Made by a program: the position numbers and the translations under genes. From contig JBGUJM010000026.1 in assembly GCA_045113935.1 (NCBI GenBank), forward strand, positions 3,771 to 67,770: a DNA stretch of 64,000 nucleotides, in the 5' to 3' direction. How positions within the stretch are numbered: the stretch's first letter is position 1; every line of letters begins with the position of its first letter. This DNA is from Anaerovoracaceae bacterium. Lineage in GTDB: Bacteria > Bacillota > Clostridia > Peptostreptococcales > Anaerovoracaceae. Below are positions 44,903 to 54,632 of the stretch, piece after piece. Under the pieces are notes generated by a model. The model searched no databases and was not told the DNA's origin. It saw nothing but the letters and a program-made list of their open reading frames with translations.

Positions 44903-46210
44903 ATGGGAACATCATTGAGTAAAAAGACCAGACTTGCGCTTTCCGTAGCAGCGATTGCGCTGTTCCTGATACTTGTCTATGTGGGAGACGCGAATATTTC
45001 TGCCGGATCCAGCTGGAAGATGATGATCACGGTGATAGAAAAAGGCTCCATTTTCGCGCTCGTTGCAGCATCGATGAACCTGCTGAACGGCTTCACGGGA
45101 TTGTTCTCGCTGGGCCAGGCCGGTTTTATGCTGATCGGCGCATATACGTACGCTATTTTCACCATACCGGCAAAGTCACATGAAGCTGTCTATCAGTACT
45201 TCGACGGCGGAGTGATCAAATGGTCGCTGGTCGAGATCCTCGAAGACAAAATGGGTCTGCTGGGGCATTATCTTGGTATGTTCATTCCTATGATCGGTGC
45301 GGGTCTTGTTGTCGCGGTCATCGCTTTTCTTATCGGTATCCCGGTGCTGAGACTCAAGTCCGATTATCTGGCTATCGCGACTCTCGGTTTTGCCGAGATA
45401 CTCAGAGCGTTTTTCCAGTGGAACACTCTCGGACCGGTTACCAACGGATCAAACGTACTGCGCAAGTACACTACATATGGCAACGCTATATTCCCGGTGC
45501 TTATTTCAGGTATATGCATAGCCATCATTTTGCTTCTGATCAACTCGACCTACGGACGGGCTTTCCGGGCCATCAGGGACGATGAGATAGCGGCGGAGGC
45601 CATGGGCATCAATCTGTTTAAACACAAGGAGATATCATTCGTTATTTCCTCATTCTTTGCGGGCATCAGCGGCGCGCTGCTGGCTATGTTCCAGACAACG
45701 ATCAACGCCACACCGTTCAACACGGTAATGACTTACGAGATCCTTCTCATAGTCGTTATCGGAGGTATCGGCTCCATTACGGGCTCTGTGATCGGAGCAT
45801 TCCTGTTCACTGCAGCATCCGAATGGTGGCTGAGAGGACTTGATGCCGGAAGATGGCTCGGCATTTCAGCCAGCTTCATGAGGCCTGGTTTCCGTAAAGT
45901 TGTTTTCGCAGTGCTCATCATGCTGATCGTGCTCTTCTATGCACAGGGCATTATGGGCAGCAGTGAGTTCAGCTGGGACGGATTCCTGACCTGGTGGAAG
46001 AAACTGCCATCTAACATCAAGGCATGGCCTGAAAAGCGCCGCGCTGCGAGAGCTGCAAAGAAAGAAGAAAGAGCAGTCAAGGCAGCTGCCAAAGCCAAGG
46101 CCAGAGAAGCAAAGCAAAACAACGAAGCCAGAAAGGCTGCGGGGGAAGCGCTGTTCACACCTCTGCCTATGTCTGACTCTATAGTGGTATTTGAGAAGGA
46201 GGGCAAGTAA
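44903..46210 (+). CDS. livM: Branched-chain amino-acid ABC transporter permease (LivM-like) with a Lys/Ala-rich C-terminal tail
   Basis: 'NLLNGFTGLFSLGQAGFMLIGAY' and 'LRLKSDYLAIATLGFAEI'. The ~70-aa tail reads 'EKRRAARAAKKEERAVKAAAKAKAREAKQ..'. Confidence 0.85.
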   Translation: MGTSLSKKTRLALSVAAIALFLILVYVGDANISAGSSWKMMITVIEKGSIFALVAASMNLLNGFTGLFSLGQAGFMLIGAYTYAIFTIPAKSHEAVYQYFDGGVIKWSLVEILEDKMGLLGHYLGMFIPMIGAGLVVAVIAFLIGIPVLRLKSDYLAIATLGFAEILRAFFQWNTLGPVTNGSNVLRKYTTYGNAIFPVLISGICIAIILLLINSTYGRAFRAIRDDEIAAEAMGINLFKHKEISFVISSFFAGISGALLAMFQTTINATPFNTVMTYEILLIVVIGGIGSITGSVIGAFLFTAASEWWLRGLDAGRWLGISASFMRPGFRKVVFAVLIMLIVLFYAQGIMGSSEFSWDGFLTWWKKLPSNIKAWPEKRRAARAAKKEERAVKAAAKAKAREAKQNNEARKAAGEALFTPLPMSDSIVVFEKEGK

Positions 46211-47058
46211 TGGACAACAGAGAAGTAGTACTCCGGCTCTCCGATATCACGATGCAGTTCGGCGGTGTTGTCGCTGTCGACAACCTTGATCTGGTCGTGC
46301 ACAAGAATGAGATCGTCGGTCTCATCGGACCTAACGGGGCGGGCAAAACGACCGCTTTCAACTGCATCACAGGTGTATACGAACCGACCAACGGGTCAAT
46401 CGAGATCAACGGCAAGACAGTAATAGAGAATTATCCTCAGGGTAAGATGAAAGAGGCCTACAAAGGCCGCAACATGGGCAAGTACACCAAAGCGCTGACA
46501 ATGCTGCCTGATAAAGTCACCAAGCTCGGGGTTGCCCGCACTTTCCAGAACATCAGACTCTTCAAGGGCATGACCGTGCTTGAAAATGTCATGGTTGCCA
46601 TGCACATGAACCAGACTGAATCTGTATTCGGTGCTACGTTCAGAAGCAAGAAAGCCCGCGAGGAAGAAAAGGCTATGAGAGAAGAGGCTCTGGAGCTACT
46701 GAAGAAAGTGGATCTGTATGATAACAGGAATGACATGTCCACTTCACTGCCGTACGGCAAACAGAGACATCTTGAGATCGCGCGAGCTCTTGCTACTCAT
46801 CCGACGATCCTTCTCCTTGACGAGCCTGCCGCCGGAATGAATCCGCAGGAGTCCGACGATCTGATGAAGTTCATCGGCCGCATCCGAGATGAGTTCGATC
46901 TCTCGATCCTCATGATCGAGCATCACATGCAGGTTATCATGGGCATCTGCGAACATATTTACGTTCTTAACTACGGCGGACAGATCGCCGACGGAACGCC
47001 GGAAGAGATCCAGGCTAATCCGGCTGTAATTGAAGCTTATCTGGGAGGCGATGAATAA
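46210..47058 (+). CDS. livG: Branched-chain amino-acid ABC transporter ATP-binding protein (LivG-like)
   Basis: Walker A 'GPNGAGKTT', signature 'LPYGKQRHLEIARAL', Walker B 'LLLDEPAAG' and C-terminal 'NPAVIEAYLG'. Confidence 0.9.
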   Translation: MDNREVVLRLSDITMQFGGVVAVDNLDLVVHKNEIVGLIGPNGAGKTTAFNCITGVYEPTNGSIEINGKTVIENYPQGKMKEAYKGRNMGKYTKALTMLPDKVTKLGVARTFQNIRLFKGMTVLENVMVAMHMNQTESVFGATFRSKKAREEEKAMREEALELLKKVDLYDNRNDMSTSLPYGKQRHLEIARALATHPTILLLDEPAAGMNPQESDDLMKFIGRIRDEFDLSILMIEHHMQVIMGICEHIYVLNYGGQIADGTPEEIQANPAVIEAYLGGDE

Positions 47059-47762
47059 TGCTGGCAATAAGAAATCTCAACGTACATTATGGCGGTATCC
47101 ACGCTCTCAGAGGTATAGACATCGATGTGCCTGACGGGAAGATCATCTCACTTATCGGAGCCAACGGTGCCGGCAAATCCACGACCCTCAAGTCCGTAAT
47201 GGGACTGGTTCCCAAGAGTGACGGACATGTCTACTGGGACGATACAGAGATCACTTCTCTCAAAACCAAGGATATCGTAGGGGAGGGAATCATTCTGTGC
47301 CCTGAAGGCAGACGTATTTTCCCTGACCTGACAGTAGACGAGAACATCGCCGCCGGCGCATATCTGCGCAAAGACAAAGAAGGCATTGCGAAAGACAGAG
47401 AATGGGTGTACAGCCTGTTCCCTAGAATCGCAGAGAGAACATGGCAGCTTGGCGCGACTCTGTCCGGAGGAGAGCAGCAGATGCTTGCCGTGGCAAGATC
47501 GCTGATGTCCAAGCCAAAACTCCTCATGCTTGATGAACCATCACTCGGACTGGCGCCTCTTGTTATCAAGGATATTTTCGCCGTCATCAAGAAGATCAGT
47601 GATGAGGGAGTCAATGTCCTGCTGATAGAGCAGAACGCCAAGGCAGCTCTCGACATTTCTGATTATGCATATGTAATGGAAACCGGTGTCATCACGATGG
47701 CAGGACCGGGCAAAGCATTGCTGAATGATCCGAGAGTACAGCAGGCATATCTGGGAGAGTAG
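47058..47762 (+). CDS. livF: Branched-chain amino-acid ABC transporter ATP-binding protein (LivF-like)
   Basis: Walker A 'GANGAGKST', 'LSGGEQQMLAVARSL', 'LMLDEPSLGL' and 'DPRVQQAYLG'. Confidence 0.9.
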   Translation: MLAIRNLNVHYGGIHALRGIDIDVPDGKIISLIGANGAGKSTTLKSVMGLVPKSDGHVYWDDTEITSLKTKDIVGEGIILCPEGRRIFPDLTVDENIAAGAYLRKDKEGIAKDREWVYSLFPRIAERTWQLGATLSGGEQQMLAVARSLMSKPKLLMLDEPSLGLAPLVIKDIFAVIKKISDEGVNVLLIEQNAKAALDISDYAYVMETGVITMAGPGKALLNDPRVQQAYLGE

Positions 47763-47883
47763 ATGCGGGACTCCATATCTATTCTGCCGCAAGGGTACGT
47801 ATACGATCTACGTGATCGGCAAAAACGGCACCTGAAAAGCAGTTAAAGTCACAGTCAGATAATCGACTGCATCATAAGGGGTG

Positions 47884-47927
47884 GACGTGTCCGCAGGCTA
47901 AACAAGAGTCAGCGGGCATGTCTTTTG
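47884..47927 (+). terminator. Probable rho-independent terminator after livF
   Basis: gacgtgtccgc (47884-47894) pairs with gcgggcatgtc (47912-47922) over 11 bp including two G-U pairs, followed by ttttgtt. Confidence 0.6.
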
Positions 47928-47957
47928 TTCGTTTATAAAATAACTTGCCCGAATGGA

Positions 47958-47985
47958 TTGACTTTGCGAAAAGTGCAGCTATAAT
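47958..47985 (+). promoter_or_regulatory. metK promoter
   Basis: TTGACT (47958-47963), a 16-nt spacer and TATAAT (47980-47985). Confidence 0.7.
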
Positions 47986-47993
47986 AGTATCAG

Positions 47994-48145
47994 CCTTATT
48001 AAGAGCGAGGGAGGGAATGGGCCCGGTGATCTCGCGGCAACCTCACCAGGGGGTGAAGGTGCCAATTCCCACGGGGAGCAGCCATTCCCCGGCAGATGAG
48101 GTCCACGGTGTCTCTCTGCGTGCGGCAGGGGGCATTTTTTATGGC
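47994..48145 (+). promoter_or_regulatory. SAM-I (S-box) riboswitch leader of metK
   Basis: 'CCTTATTAAGAGCGAGGGAGGGAATGGGCCCGGTGATCTCGCGGCAACC...GGTGCCAATTCCCAC...GGCAGATGAGG' matches the conserved SAM-I core (TTATCAAGAG..GGAGGGA.TGGCCC..GCAACC..GTGCCAATTCC..AGATGAG). It lies directly upstream of metK. Confidence 0.88.
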
Positions 48146-48167
48146 TGAGAAAGAGAGAAGAAGATAA

Positions 48168-49364
48168 ATGAAAAGATTATTTACATCGGAATCGGTCACT
48201 GAAGGTCATCCGGATAAGCTGTGCGATCAGGTATCAGATGCGGTTCTTGACGCAATACTTGCGCAGGATCCTAAGGCACATGTCGCATGCGAGTGCGCAG
48301 TCAAGACGGGGTTGCTGCTGATATTCGGAGAAGCATCAGGCAATTTTGATGTGGATTATGAAGCTATCGCACGCAAAACGATCTGTGAGATCGGATATGA
48401 CTCCGAGGATGTATGTTTTGACGGCAACACCTGTGAGATCATGGTCCGCATGGAAGAGCAGTCTGCGGATATCGCTATGGGCGTCAATGAATCCTATGAG
48501 GTCAAGGCAGGCGGAGACAAAGCTGAAGATGCTCTGATCGGAGCCGGAGACCAGGGAATGATGTTCGGATATGCCTGCTCAGAAACTGAAGAGCTTATGC
48601 CTATGTCACTGATGCTTTCCCACCGGCTGGCTAAGAGGCTTGCTGAGGTCCGCAAGGACGGAACGCTGCCATATCTCGGCCCGGATGGCAAGACTCAGGT
48701 CACTGTGGAATATGATGACGGGAAAATAACCCGTATCGACACGATCGTTGTTTCGACACAGCATTCAGACTCTGTCAGCCTCGATCAGGTCAGAACTGAC
48801 ATGGTAATGCACGTGATCAATCCTATCGTTCCCGCAGAGCTGATTGACGGGGCAACTAATATCTTCATCAATCCGACCGGAAGATTCGTCATAGGCGGCC
48901 CTATGGGTGACTCAGGACTGACAGGACGCAAGATCATAGTCGATACTTACGGAGGACATTCTGCTCACGGCGGCGGTGCTTTTTCCGGAAAGGACCCTAC
49001 CAAGGTCGACAGATCCGGTGCGTATATGGCCAGATATATCGCCAAGAACATCGTAGCGGCAGGCATTGCTGAACTCTGTGAGGTGCAGCTTGCCTATGCG
49101 ATAGGAGTCGCAGAACCGGTATCGGTCAGCGTCGATACTTATGGAACCGGGATCGTTGACAATGAGAAAATCGTGATCATCGTCAGAGAACTGTTCGATA
49201 TGAGACCGGCTGCCATAATCCGCAAGCTCGAACTGGACAAGCCGCAGTACAGGAAGCTGGCTGCGTATGGACACATGGGCAGAACGGACCTCGATGTGAA
49301 ATGGGAGAAGACTGATATGGCTGATGCGATCAGGATGGCGATCGGAGGCGCAGATAACAGATAA
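48168..49364 (+). CDS. metK: S-adenosylmethionine synthase
   Basis: '[25 protein letters not shown]', '[12 protein letters not shown]' and '[16 protein letters not shown]'. Confidence 0.95.
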   Translation: MKRLFTSESVTEGHPDKLCDQVSDAVLDAILAQDPKAHVACECAVKTGLLLIFGEASGNFDVDYEAIARKTICEIGYDSEDVCFDGNTCEIMVRMEEQSADIAMGVNESYEVKAGGDKAEDALIGAGDQGMMFGYACSETEELMPMSLMLSHRLAKRLAEVRKDGTLPYLGPDGKTQVTVEYDDGKITRIDTIVVSTQHSDSVSLDQVRTDMVMHVINPIVPAELIDGATNIFINPTGRFVIGGPMGDSGLTGRKIIVDTYGGHSAHGGGAFSGKDPTKVDRSGAYMARYIAKNIVAAGIAELCEVQLAYAIGVAEPVSVSVDTYGTGIVDNEKIVIIVRELFDMRPAAIIRKLELDKPQYRKLAAYGHMGRTDLDVKWEKTDMADAIRMAIGGADNR

Positions 49365-49365
49365 T

Positions 49366-49869
49366 ATGTCTCATTTTGAGAAAGTATCCTATGAACAGTG
49401 GAAGGCGGACTGCGGTATCAAAGGTCTGCCGGACAAAAATCTGAGAGAGTGGTATGACGCGATCAGGATGCCTCGTCAGGCAACGGCTGCGTCAGCCGGA
49501 GTCGATTTCTTCATGCCTTTCAATCTCAATTTTGAAGCAGGGAGCAGGTTTCGGATCGCGACAGGCATGCGCTGGGTCACCGGAGGAGAGGATGACAGAG
49601 GCAGAGTCCTTCTCATCGTTCCGAGGAGCGGGCTCGGGTTCAGATACGGCATCAGGCTGTCCAACACCGTTGGTGTGATCGATGCGGATTACTGCGATTC
49701 GGATAATGAAGGACATATCATCATAAGCCTCGAGAACCCTTCAGAAACCACGATCGAACTTCCGGAGGGAAAGGCTTTTGCGCAGGGCATAGTGGTGAGA
49801 TATGAGATCCCGGAAGGGGCAGAGTCTGAAGCATCAAGATCCGGAGGTTTCGGCAGTACGGACAGATAG
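49366..49869 (+). CDS. dut: dUTP diphosphatase
   Basis: 'SAGVDFF', 'IVPRSGLG', 'GVIDADY' and C-terminal motif V 'RSGGFGST'. The ATG lies 1 nt after the metK stop. Confidence 0.8.
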   Translation: MSHFEKVSYEQWKADCGIKGLPDKNLREWYDAIRMPRQATAASAGVDFFMPFNLNFEAGSRFRIATGMRWVTGGEDDRGRVLLIVPRSGLGFRYGIRLSNTVGVIDADYCDSDNEGHIIISLENPSETTIELPEGKAFAQGIVVRYEIPEGAESEASRSGGFGSTDR

Positions 49870-49885
49870 TATTCGGGAAGAAAAC

Positions 49886-51193
49886 ATGGCAGCAGATACA
49901 GTAAAAGAATTCAGCGATGTGGTCATAGTGGGCGGCGGGGCCTCGGGTCTCGCAGCGGCAGCCGGGCTCAGAATGAGCTCGCCTGAGCTTGGCGTGACTG
50001 TTATCGAGAAAATGAGTGAGCCGGGCCGCAAGCTCAGGGCCACCGGCAGCGGCCGCTGCAACATCACCAACACTGCTGCAGATGGCTACATCGAAATAAT
50101 GAAATTCTTCTCACGCATCGGTCTTGTGACAAGAGCATATGATAACGGTCTCGTCTATCCTTACTCTGAGTCGGCTGCAGATGTTGCGGATCTGCTGACT
50201 GCAAGAGCAGAGGAACTTGGAGTACAGATAATAACAGATGCGGCGGTAACAGACGTTACAGCTGCTCTGCCGGACAGAAAATCTGATAGAGATGACCGGA
50301 CAGGCGCTGTGAGGTTTGAGACCGGATATACAGTCAAAGGATCTGTGAAAAAGATTGGATCAACGTTCGTCATCCTTGCCTGCGGCGGCAAAGCAGGACC
50401 GGCATTCGGAACCACAGGTGACGGATACAGGATCGCCAGAGAACTCGGCCATACGATCGTGACACCGGTCCCTGTGCTGACCTCTATAGAATGCGGAGAA
50501 TGGGAACCATCCCACAGACCTTGCGCCGTGAGCCTGGCAGGCACAAGAACCAGAGGCGTGGTAATACTGTATAAATACCCGCCCGGGAGTTCCGCGGAAG
50601 GAACAGAGCTGTTCAGAGAGAACGGAGAGATACAGTTTACCAGATACGGACTGTCAGGTATCTGCATCTTCAATATGACGAGGCAGATGAGATATGACAG
50701 GAGCGCGGGGGAGAGTCTGTCAGATTTCCTGATCATGGCGGACCTCTATCCGGACGGAGACATAGAGACATTTCTGCGCGAGAGGCGCGGCAATGCTTTC
50801 CCGGGAGAACTGACAGATGATGTTCTAAGGACGGTGCTCAAAGAAAACATAGCTGCTTACGTGCTGGAATCAGCGTCTTCACATCATGCTCATGTCGATG
50901 GAAAGCCTGTCGGAGATCTGACAGACAAGGATATAAGCGCAATAGGCCGCGCGGTCCATGGTCTGGTTTTCCATCCTGAGAGACTGAGAGGGTGGAAGGA
51001 TGCGCAGGCGACTTCGGGAGGCGTCAGCCTTAACGAGATCGACTCCGTGACATGCGAGTCGCTTATCACGGAAGGTCTCTATATAACCGGTGAGCTGGCT
51101 GACAGAGACTTCCCGTGCGGAGGATTCAACCTGAGCAACGCATGGCTTACAGGTCTTGCGGCAGCAGAAAGCATTACAGCAAAGAACCGCTGA
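49886..51193 (+). CDS. HI0933/BaiN-family FAD-dependent oxidoreductase
   Basis: Dinucleotide fold 'VVIVGGGASGLAAA', 'GSGRCNITN', 'TSGGVSLNEI' and 'LYITGELAD'. Confidence 0.75.
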   Translation: MAADTVKEFSDVVIVGGGASGLAAAAGLRMSSPELGVTVIEKMSEPGRKLRATGSGRCNITNTAADGYIEIMKFFSRIGLVTRAYDNGLVYPYSESAADVADLLTARAEELGVQIITDAAVTDVTAALPDRKSDRDDRTGAVRFETGYTVKGSVKKIGSTFVILACGGKAGPAFGTTGDGYRIARELGHTIVTPVPVLTSIECGEWEPSHRPCAVSLAGTRTRGVVILYKYPPGSSAEGTELFRENGEIQFTRYGLSGICIFNMTRQMRYDRSAGESLSDFLIMADLYPDGDIETFLRERRGNAFPGELTDDVLRTVLKENIAAYVLESASSHHAHVDGKPVGDLTDKDISAIGRAVHGLVFHPERLRGWKDAQATSGGVSLNEIDSVTCESLITEGLYITGELADRDFPCGGFNLSNAWLTGLAAAESITAKNR

Positions 51194-51256
51194 ATTTAAG
51201 AATAAGATATCCGGACCAGGCTTTTGATCCAGCCTGGTTTTCGTTATAATCAGAAT

Positions 51257-52867
51257 ATGTACAGATACAGACTCAATGAGATCAAGACTGAAATAGATGT
51301 TCCGATGAGGGACCTGCCGAAGCTGATCGCCCGCAAGACGGGCATCAGGCCGGACGATATCAGATGGTGGGAGGTCAGGCGCAAGTCCATCGACTCGAGA
51401 AAAAAGCCGCATATACTTCTTGTATATACGGCCGATTTCACTACGGAAAAACCGGTCCGCAACGCGTCGAAGATCCGCGGACTCACGGAGGTCGACCCTG
51501 ACAGTGAGAAACTGACACCACCGGTATCCGGCAGCGCAAAACTTTCAGGAAGACCGGTGGTAGTCGGCATGGGACCGGCAGGTCTGTTTGCCGGGCTTGA
51601 GCTTGCCCGTAACGGATACCGCCCGATAGTGATCGAACGCGGGCCTGCAATGGAAGATCGCGTTGAAGCTGTGGAGAAATTCATGCGCGACCGTGTGCTC
51701 GATCCGGAGGCCAATATGCTGTTCGGCGAGGGCGGTGCCGGGACTTTCTCTGACGGCAAGATAGGAACCGGTATCAAAGACGGACTTATCAGGCAGGTGC
51801 TGTCTGAGTTCAGAGATGCCGGAGCAGGCGAAGAGATCATGTATCTGGCCAAGCCTCATATAGGTACAGATATACTCCGTACTGTCATAGTCAATATGCG
51901 TAACAAGATACAGGAACTCGGCGGAGAAGTGGTATTCGGGACCAGACTGGAAGCGCTGCAGATCAGTGACGGCTCTCTTGAAAGAATAGTCATCCGGAAA
52001 GGGAAGTTCGGCGGCTGGCTTGAGACGAATGCGCTGGTCCTGGCGATAGGGCACAGCGCGAGAGATACTTTCGCAATGATAGACCGGGCCGGCATCGAGA
52101 TGCAGCAGAAACCATTCTCGATCGGTGTCAGAATGGAGCATCCTCAATCTGTGATCGATGCCTCCCAGTATGGGGAGGAGAATATGGACAGGCTGGCGGG
52201 GGATGCAGTGTCTGCCGGGGAGCATCCGGGAATGCTGCCGCCCGCTGACTATAAGATCAACTACAAGGCTTCAAACGGACGTGGCGTGTACTCATTCTGC
52301 ATGTGCCCGGGCGGCGAGGTCGTGGTGTGCAGCACTGCTGACGGCGAGCTCTGTGTCAACGGCATGAGTAACAGGAAAAGGGACAGCGGAACAGCAAACA
52401 GCGGCATACTCTGCGACGTCCGTACGGAAGACTTCGGAGCAGATGATGTGCTTGCCGGGGTGAGGTTTCAGGAGAAGTATGAGCGGATAGCTTTTGAGAA
52501 CGGCGGAGGAAACTTTGATCCTCCTCGTTGCAGCATGGGGGAATTCCTTGCGGAACAGCCTGATGATCACGCGGAAAGGATCATCCGTTCACTGCCGGAT
52601 TTCGCGGCTGACGCGATACGCGAAGCGGTACCGCATTTTGCCCGCAGGATCAAAGGCTATGACGACCCTGAAGCGGTAGTCACGGCGGTAGAGACACGAA
52701 GCTCTTCACCGGTGAGGATCGTGAGAGACCGGAACGGTGAAAGCAATATACGCGGCATATACCCGGCCGGCGAAGGCGCGGGATACGCAGGCGGCATCAC
52801 TTCGGCTGCCTGCGACGGTATCAGAGCCGCATGGCATATAATGGAAAAATTTGCAAAACCGATATGA
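51257..52867 (+). CDS. FAD-dependent protein (COG2509-type NAD(FAD)-utilizing dehydrogenase)
   Basis: 'VVVGMGPAGLFAGLELARNGYRPIVIERG', 'FGEGGAGTFSDGK' and C-terminal 'IYPAGEGAGYAGGITSAACDG'. Confidence 0.75.
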   Translation: MYRYRLNEIKTEIDVPMRDLPKLIARKTGIRPDDIRWWEVRRKSIDSRKKPHILLVYTADFTTEKPVRNASKIRGLTEVDPDSEKLTPPVSGSAKLSGRPVVVGMGPAGLFAGLELARNGYRPIVIERGPAMEDRVEAVEKFMRDRVLDPEANMLFGEGGAGTFSDGKIGTGIKDGLIRQVLSEFRDAGAGEEIMYLAKPHIGTDILRTVIVNMRNKIQELGGEVVFGTRLEALQISDGSLERIVIRKGKFGGWLETNALVLAIGHSARDTFAMIDRAGIEMQQKPFSIGVRMEHPQSVIDASQYGEENMDRLAGDAVSAGEHPGMLPPADYKINYKASNGRGVYSFCMCPGGEVVVCSTADGELCVNGMSNRKRDSGTANSGILCDVRTEDFGADDVLAGVRFQEKYERIAFENGGGNFDPPRCSMGEFLAEQPDDHAERIIRSLPDFAADAIREAVPHFARRIKGYDDPEAVVTAVETRSSSPVRIVRDRNGESNIRGIYPAGEGAGYAGGITSAACDGIRAAWHIMEKFAKPI

Positions 52868-52890
52868 TCACATGAAAGGAGTACGCAAAA

Positions 52891-53088
52891 ATGGCAACAG
52901 TAGAAGAACTCGTAAAACAATATGACACAGATCCTGAACTCCGCAAGGAAGTTGACGCGATTCTTGAGGATGGAAAGATCACAATGAAGGAGTTCCTGAC
53001 TTTCGCGGGAAAACATGATGTGGATGTCTCACTCAAAGAACTGCCTAAGATCATCTCTGAGGCGAAAAAACTCGGTTTGGTCAAATAG
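52891..53088 (+). CDS. Small Nif11-domain-like protein (65 aa) with no core peptide or GG site
   Basis: 'MATVEELVKQYDTDPELRKEVDAILEDGKITMKEFLTFAGKHDVDVSLKEL' follows the Nif11 N-terminal helix pattern. The RBS is AAAGGAG. Confidence 0.55.
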   Translation: MATVEELVKQYDTDPELRKEVDAILEDGKITMKEFLTFAGKHDVDVSLKELPKIISEAKKLGLVK

Positions 53089-53090
53089 GA

Positions 53091-53891
53091 TCATAAACCC
53101 ATGGATTCTCTGATTCCGTAGAGGCCGACCGGCTTGTCAGCCATCCATATGCATGCGTTGACAGCGCCTTTGGCACAGCCTTTCCAGTTGAGACAGTGAT
53201 GTGTGATCTCAAGTCTCTCGCCTTCACCGAAGAAGAATACGGTATGGCTCGAAGGTGTGTCACCGCCGCGGATCGCATGGAAGGTTACTTTGCCTTCTTC
53301 GCGAGGGTGTCTGCCCAGAGGGCGTCCGTAAACTGCGTCACTGACAAGATCCCGTCCGACTGCTTCACCCATGCTCTCGATGAGTTCTCTTGCAGTACCG
53401 CTCGGAGCATCAAGCTTAGTGTTATCATGCATGTCGATGATCTCTATATCGGTCTCGCCGTAGAGTTCTTTTGCTGCATCCATGAGTAGTTTTCTCATGA
53501 CATTGACCATTCTGTCCGTGTTGGCAGCGATCAGCACCGGAATCTCTTCAGCAGCTGCTTCGAGCCTGGCGTGCTGTTCAGAATTGAAGCCCGTTGTGCC
53601 TATCACAAGGGCTTTTTTGTGTCTGATACATGCATCGAGGACTTCCATGCCAAGTTCGACAGTGGAAAAGTCGCAGACAACATCAGCCTGATCGATGACA
53701 GACTCAAGGTCATCAACTACAGGTGCTCCGACAACGGAACCGGTCATGGCGACCTCACCGATATCCTTTCCGATGTAATCTCTCCCTGCCGGACCAATGC
53801 CTGCAACTATTTCAACATCATTTCTCTTTGCTGCGTCTGCAACGATAAGACTTGCCATTTTGCCTCTCGGGGCTGTGATAATCAGTTTCAT
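53091..53891 (-). CDS. dapB: 4-hydroxy-tetrahydrodipicolinate reductase
   Basis: 'VIGTTGF' and 'IEIIDMHDNTKLDAPSGTA', where His and Lys align with E. coli H159 and K163. 'HAIRGGD..SHTV.F' is also present. The RBS is AAGGAG. Confidence 0.8.
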   Translation of the reverse strand: MKLIITAPRGKMASLIVADAAKRNDVEIVAGIGPAGRDYIGKDIGEVAMTGSVVGAPVVDDLESVIDQADVVCDFSTVELGMEVLDACIRHKKALVIGTTGFNSEQHARLEAAAEEIPVLIAANTDRMVNVMRKLLMDAAKELYGETDIEIIDMHDNTKLDAPSGTARELIESMGEAVGRDLVSDAVYGRPLGRHPREEGKVTFHAIRGGDTPSSHTVFFFGEGERLEITHHCLNWKGCAKGAVNACIWMADKPVGLYGIRESMGL

Positions 53892-53915
53892 TTTGATCTC
53901 CTTACCTGATCCTTA

Positions 53916-54404
53916 TCATATGTTCTCAACCCGGAAGTCGAGGGTGATCTCTTCGATCTCAGGCTTGAATACTCTGAGCTTGACACCTGCCGCGCTGAGC
54001 ATCATTTTGGAGGCTTTGGTGCCCGGAGTGTCGGCATACTTGTCCGAGAGATAAACTATCTCAGATATACCGGACTGGATGATGGCTTTGGCGCATTCAT
54101 TGCAAGGGAAGAGATCCACATACAGTGTGGAACCTCGAAGGGATTTGCCCGAGGCATTGAGTATCGCGTTCAGTTCTGCATGCACTACAAACGGGTACTT
54201 GGTGATCTCGCCTTCACGTTCCCAGGGAAATACGTCATCCGAGCAGCCCTGCGGAAAACCATTATATCCTGTTGTAAGGATAACGTTGTTTCGGTCCACT
54301 ATACATGCTCCGACCTGAGTGTTAGGGTCTTTGCTCCTCTTGGCGGCAAGAAGGGCGACTCCCATAAAATATTCGTCCCAAGAAATATAGTCCTGTCTCT
54401 TCAT
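53916..54404 (-). CDS. comEB: Deoxycytidylate (dCMP) deaminase, ComEB-like
   Basis: 'WDEYFMGVALLAAKRSKDP', Zn motifs 'VHAELNAI' and 'PCNECAKAI'. Confidence 0.85.
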   Translation of the reverse strand: MKRQDYISWDEYFMGVALLAAKRSKDPNTQVGACIVDRNNVILTTGYNGFPQGCSDDVFPWEREGEITKYPFVVHAELNAILNASGKSLRGSTLYVDLFPCNECAKAIIQSGISEIVYLSDKYADTPGTKASKMMLSAAGVKLRVFKPEIEEITLDFRVENI

Positions 54405-54471
54405 ATCAATACCGCTTTCTCATTCATATATAAGTTGTGATGTCTTCAGTCAGATTTTACACTTCGCAGAG

Positions 54472-54505
54472 GTTGTCTTTCAATACCTGCAAGTGTTGTC
54501 TTTCA
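54472..54505. repeat. 11-bp direct repeat GTTGTCTTTCA x2 in a divergent promoter region
   Basis: Identical copies lie at 54472-54482 and 54495-54505, with starts 23 bp apart. They sit between comEB (-) and the DUF2207 gene (+). Confidence 0.5.
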
Positions 54506-54632
54506 CTGACTGTATTCATTGAATTGATCTGTATTTTGTTGTAAAATATATTGTCTATGCGTTTTCAGCACTCCGGACGGATGAAAGTCCTTGACGGAGC
54601 AGCAATATATACATACATTAACGGGAATAATA

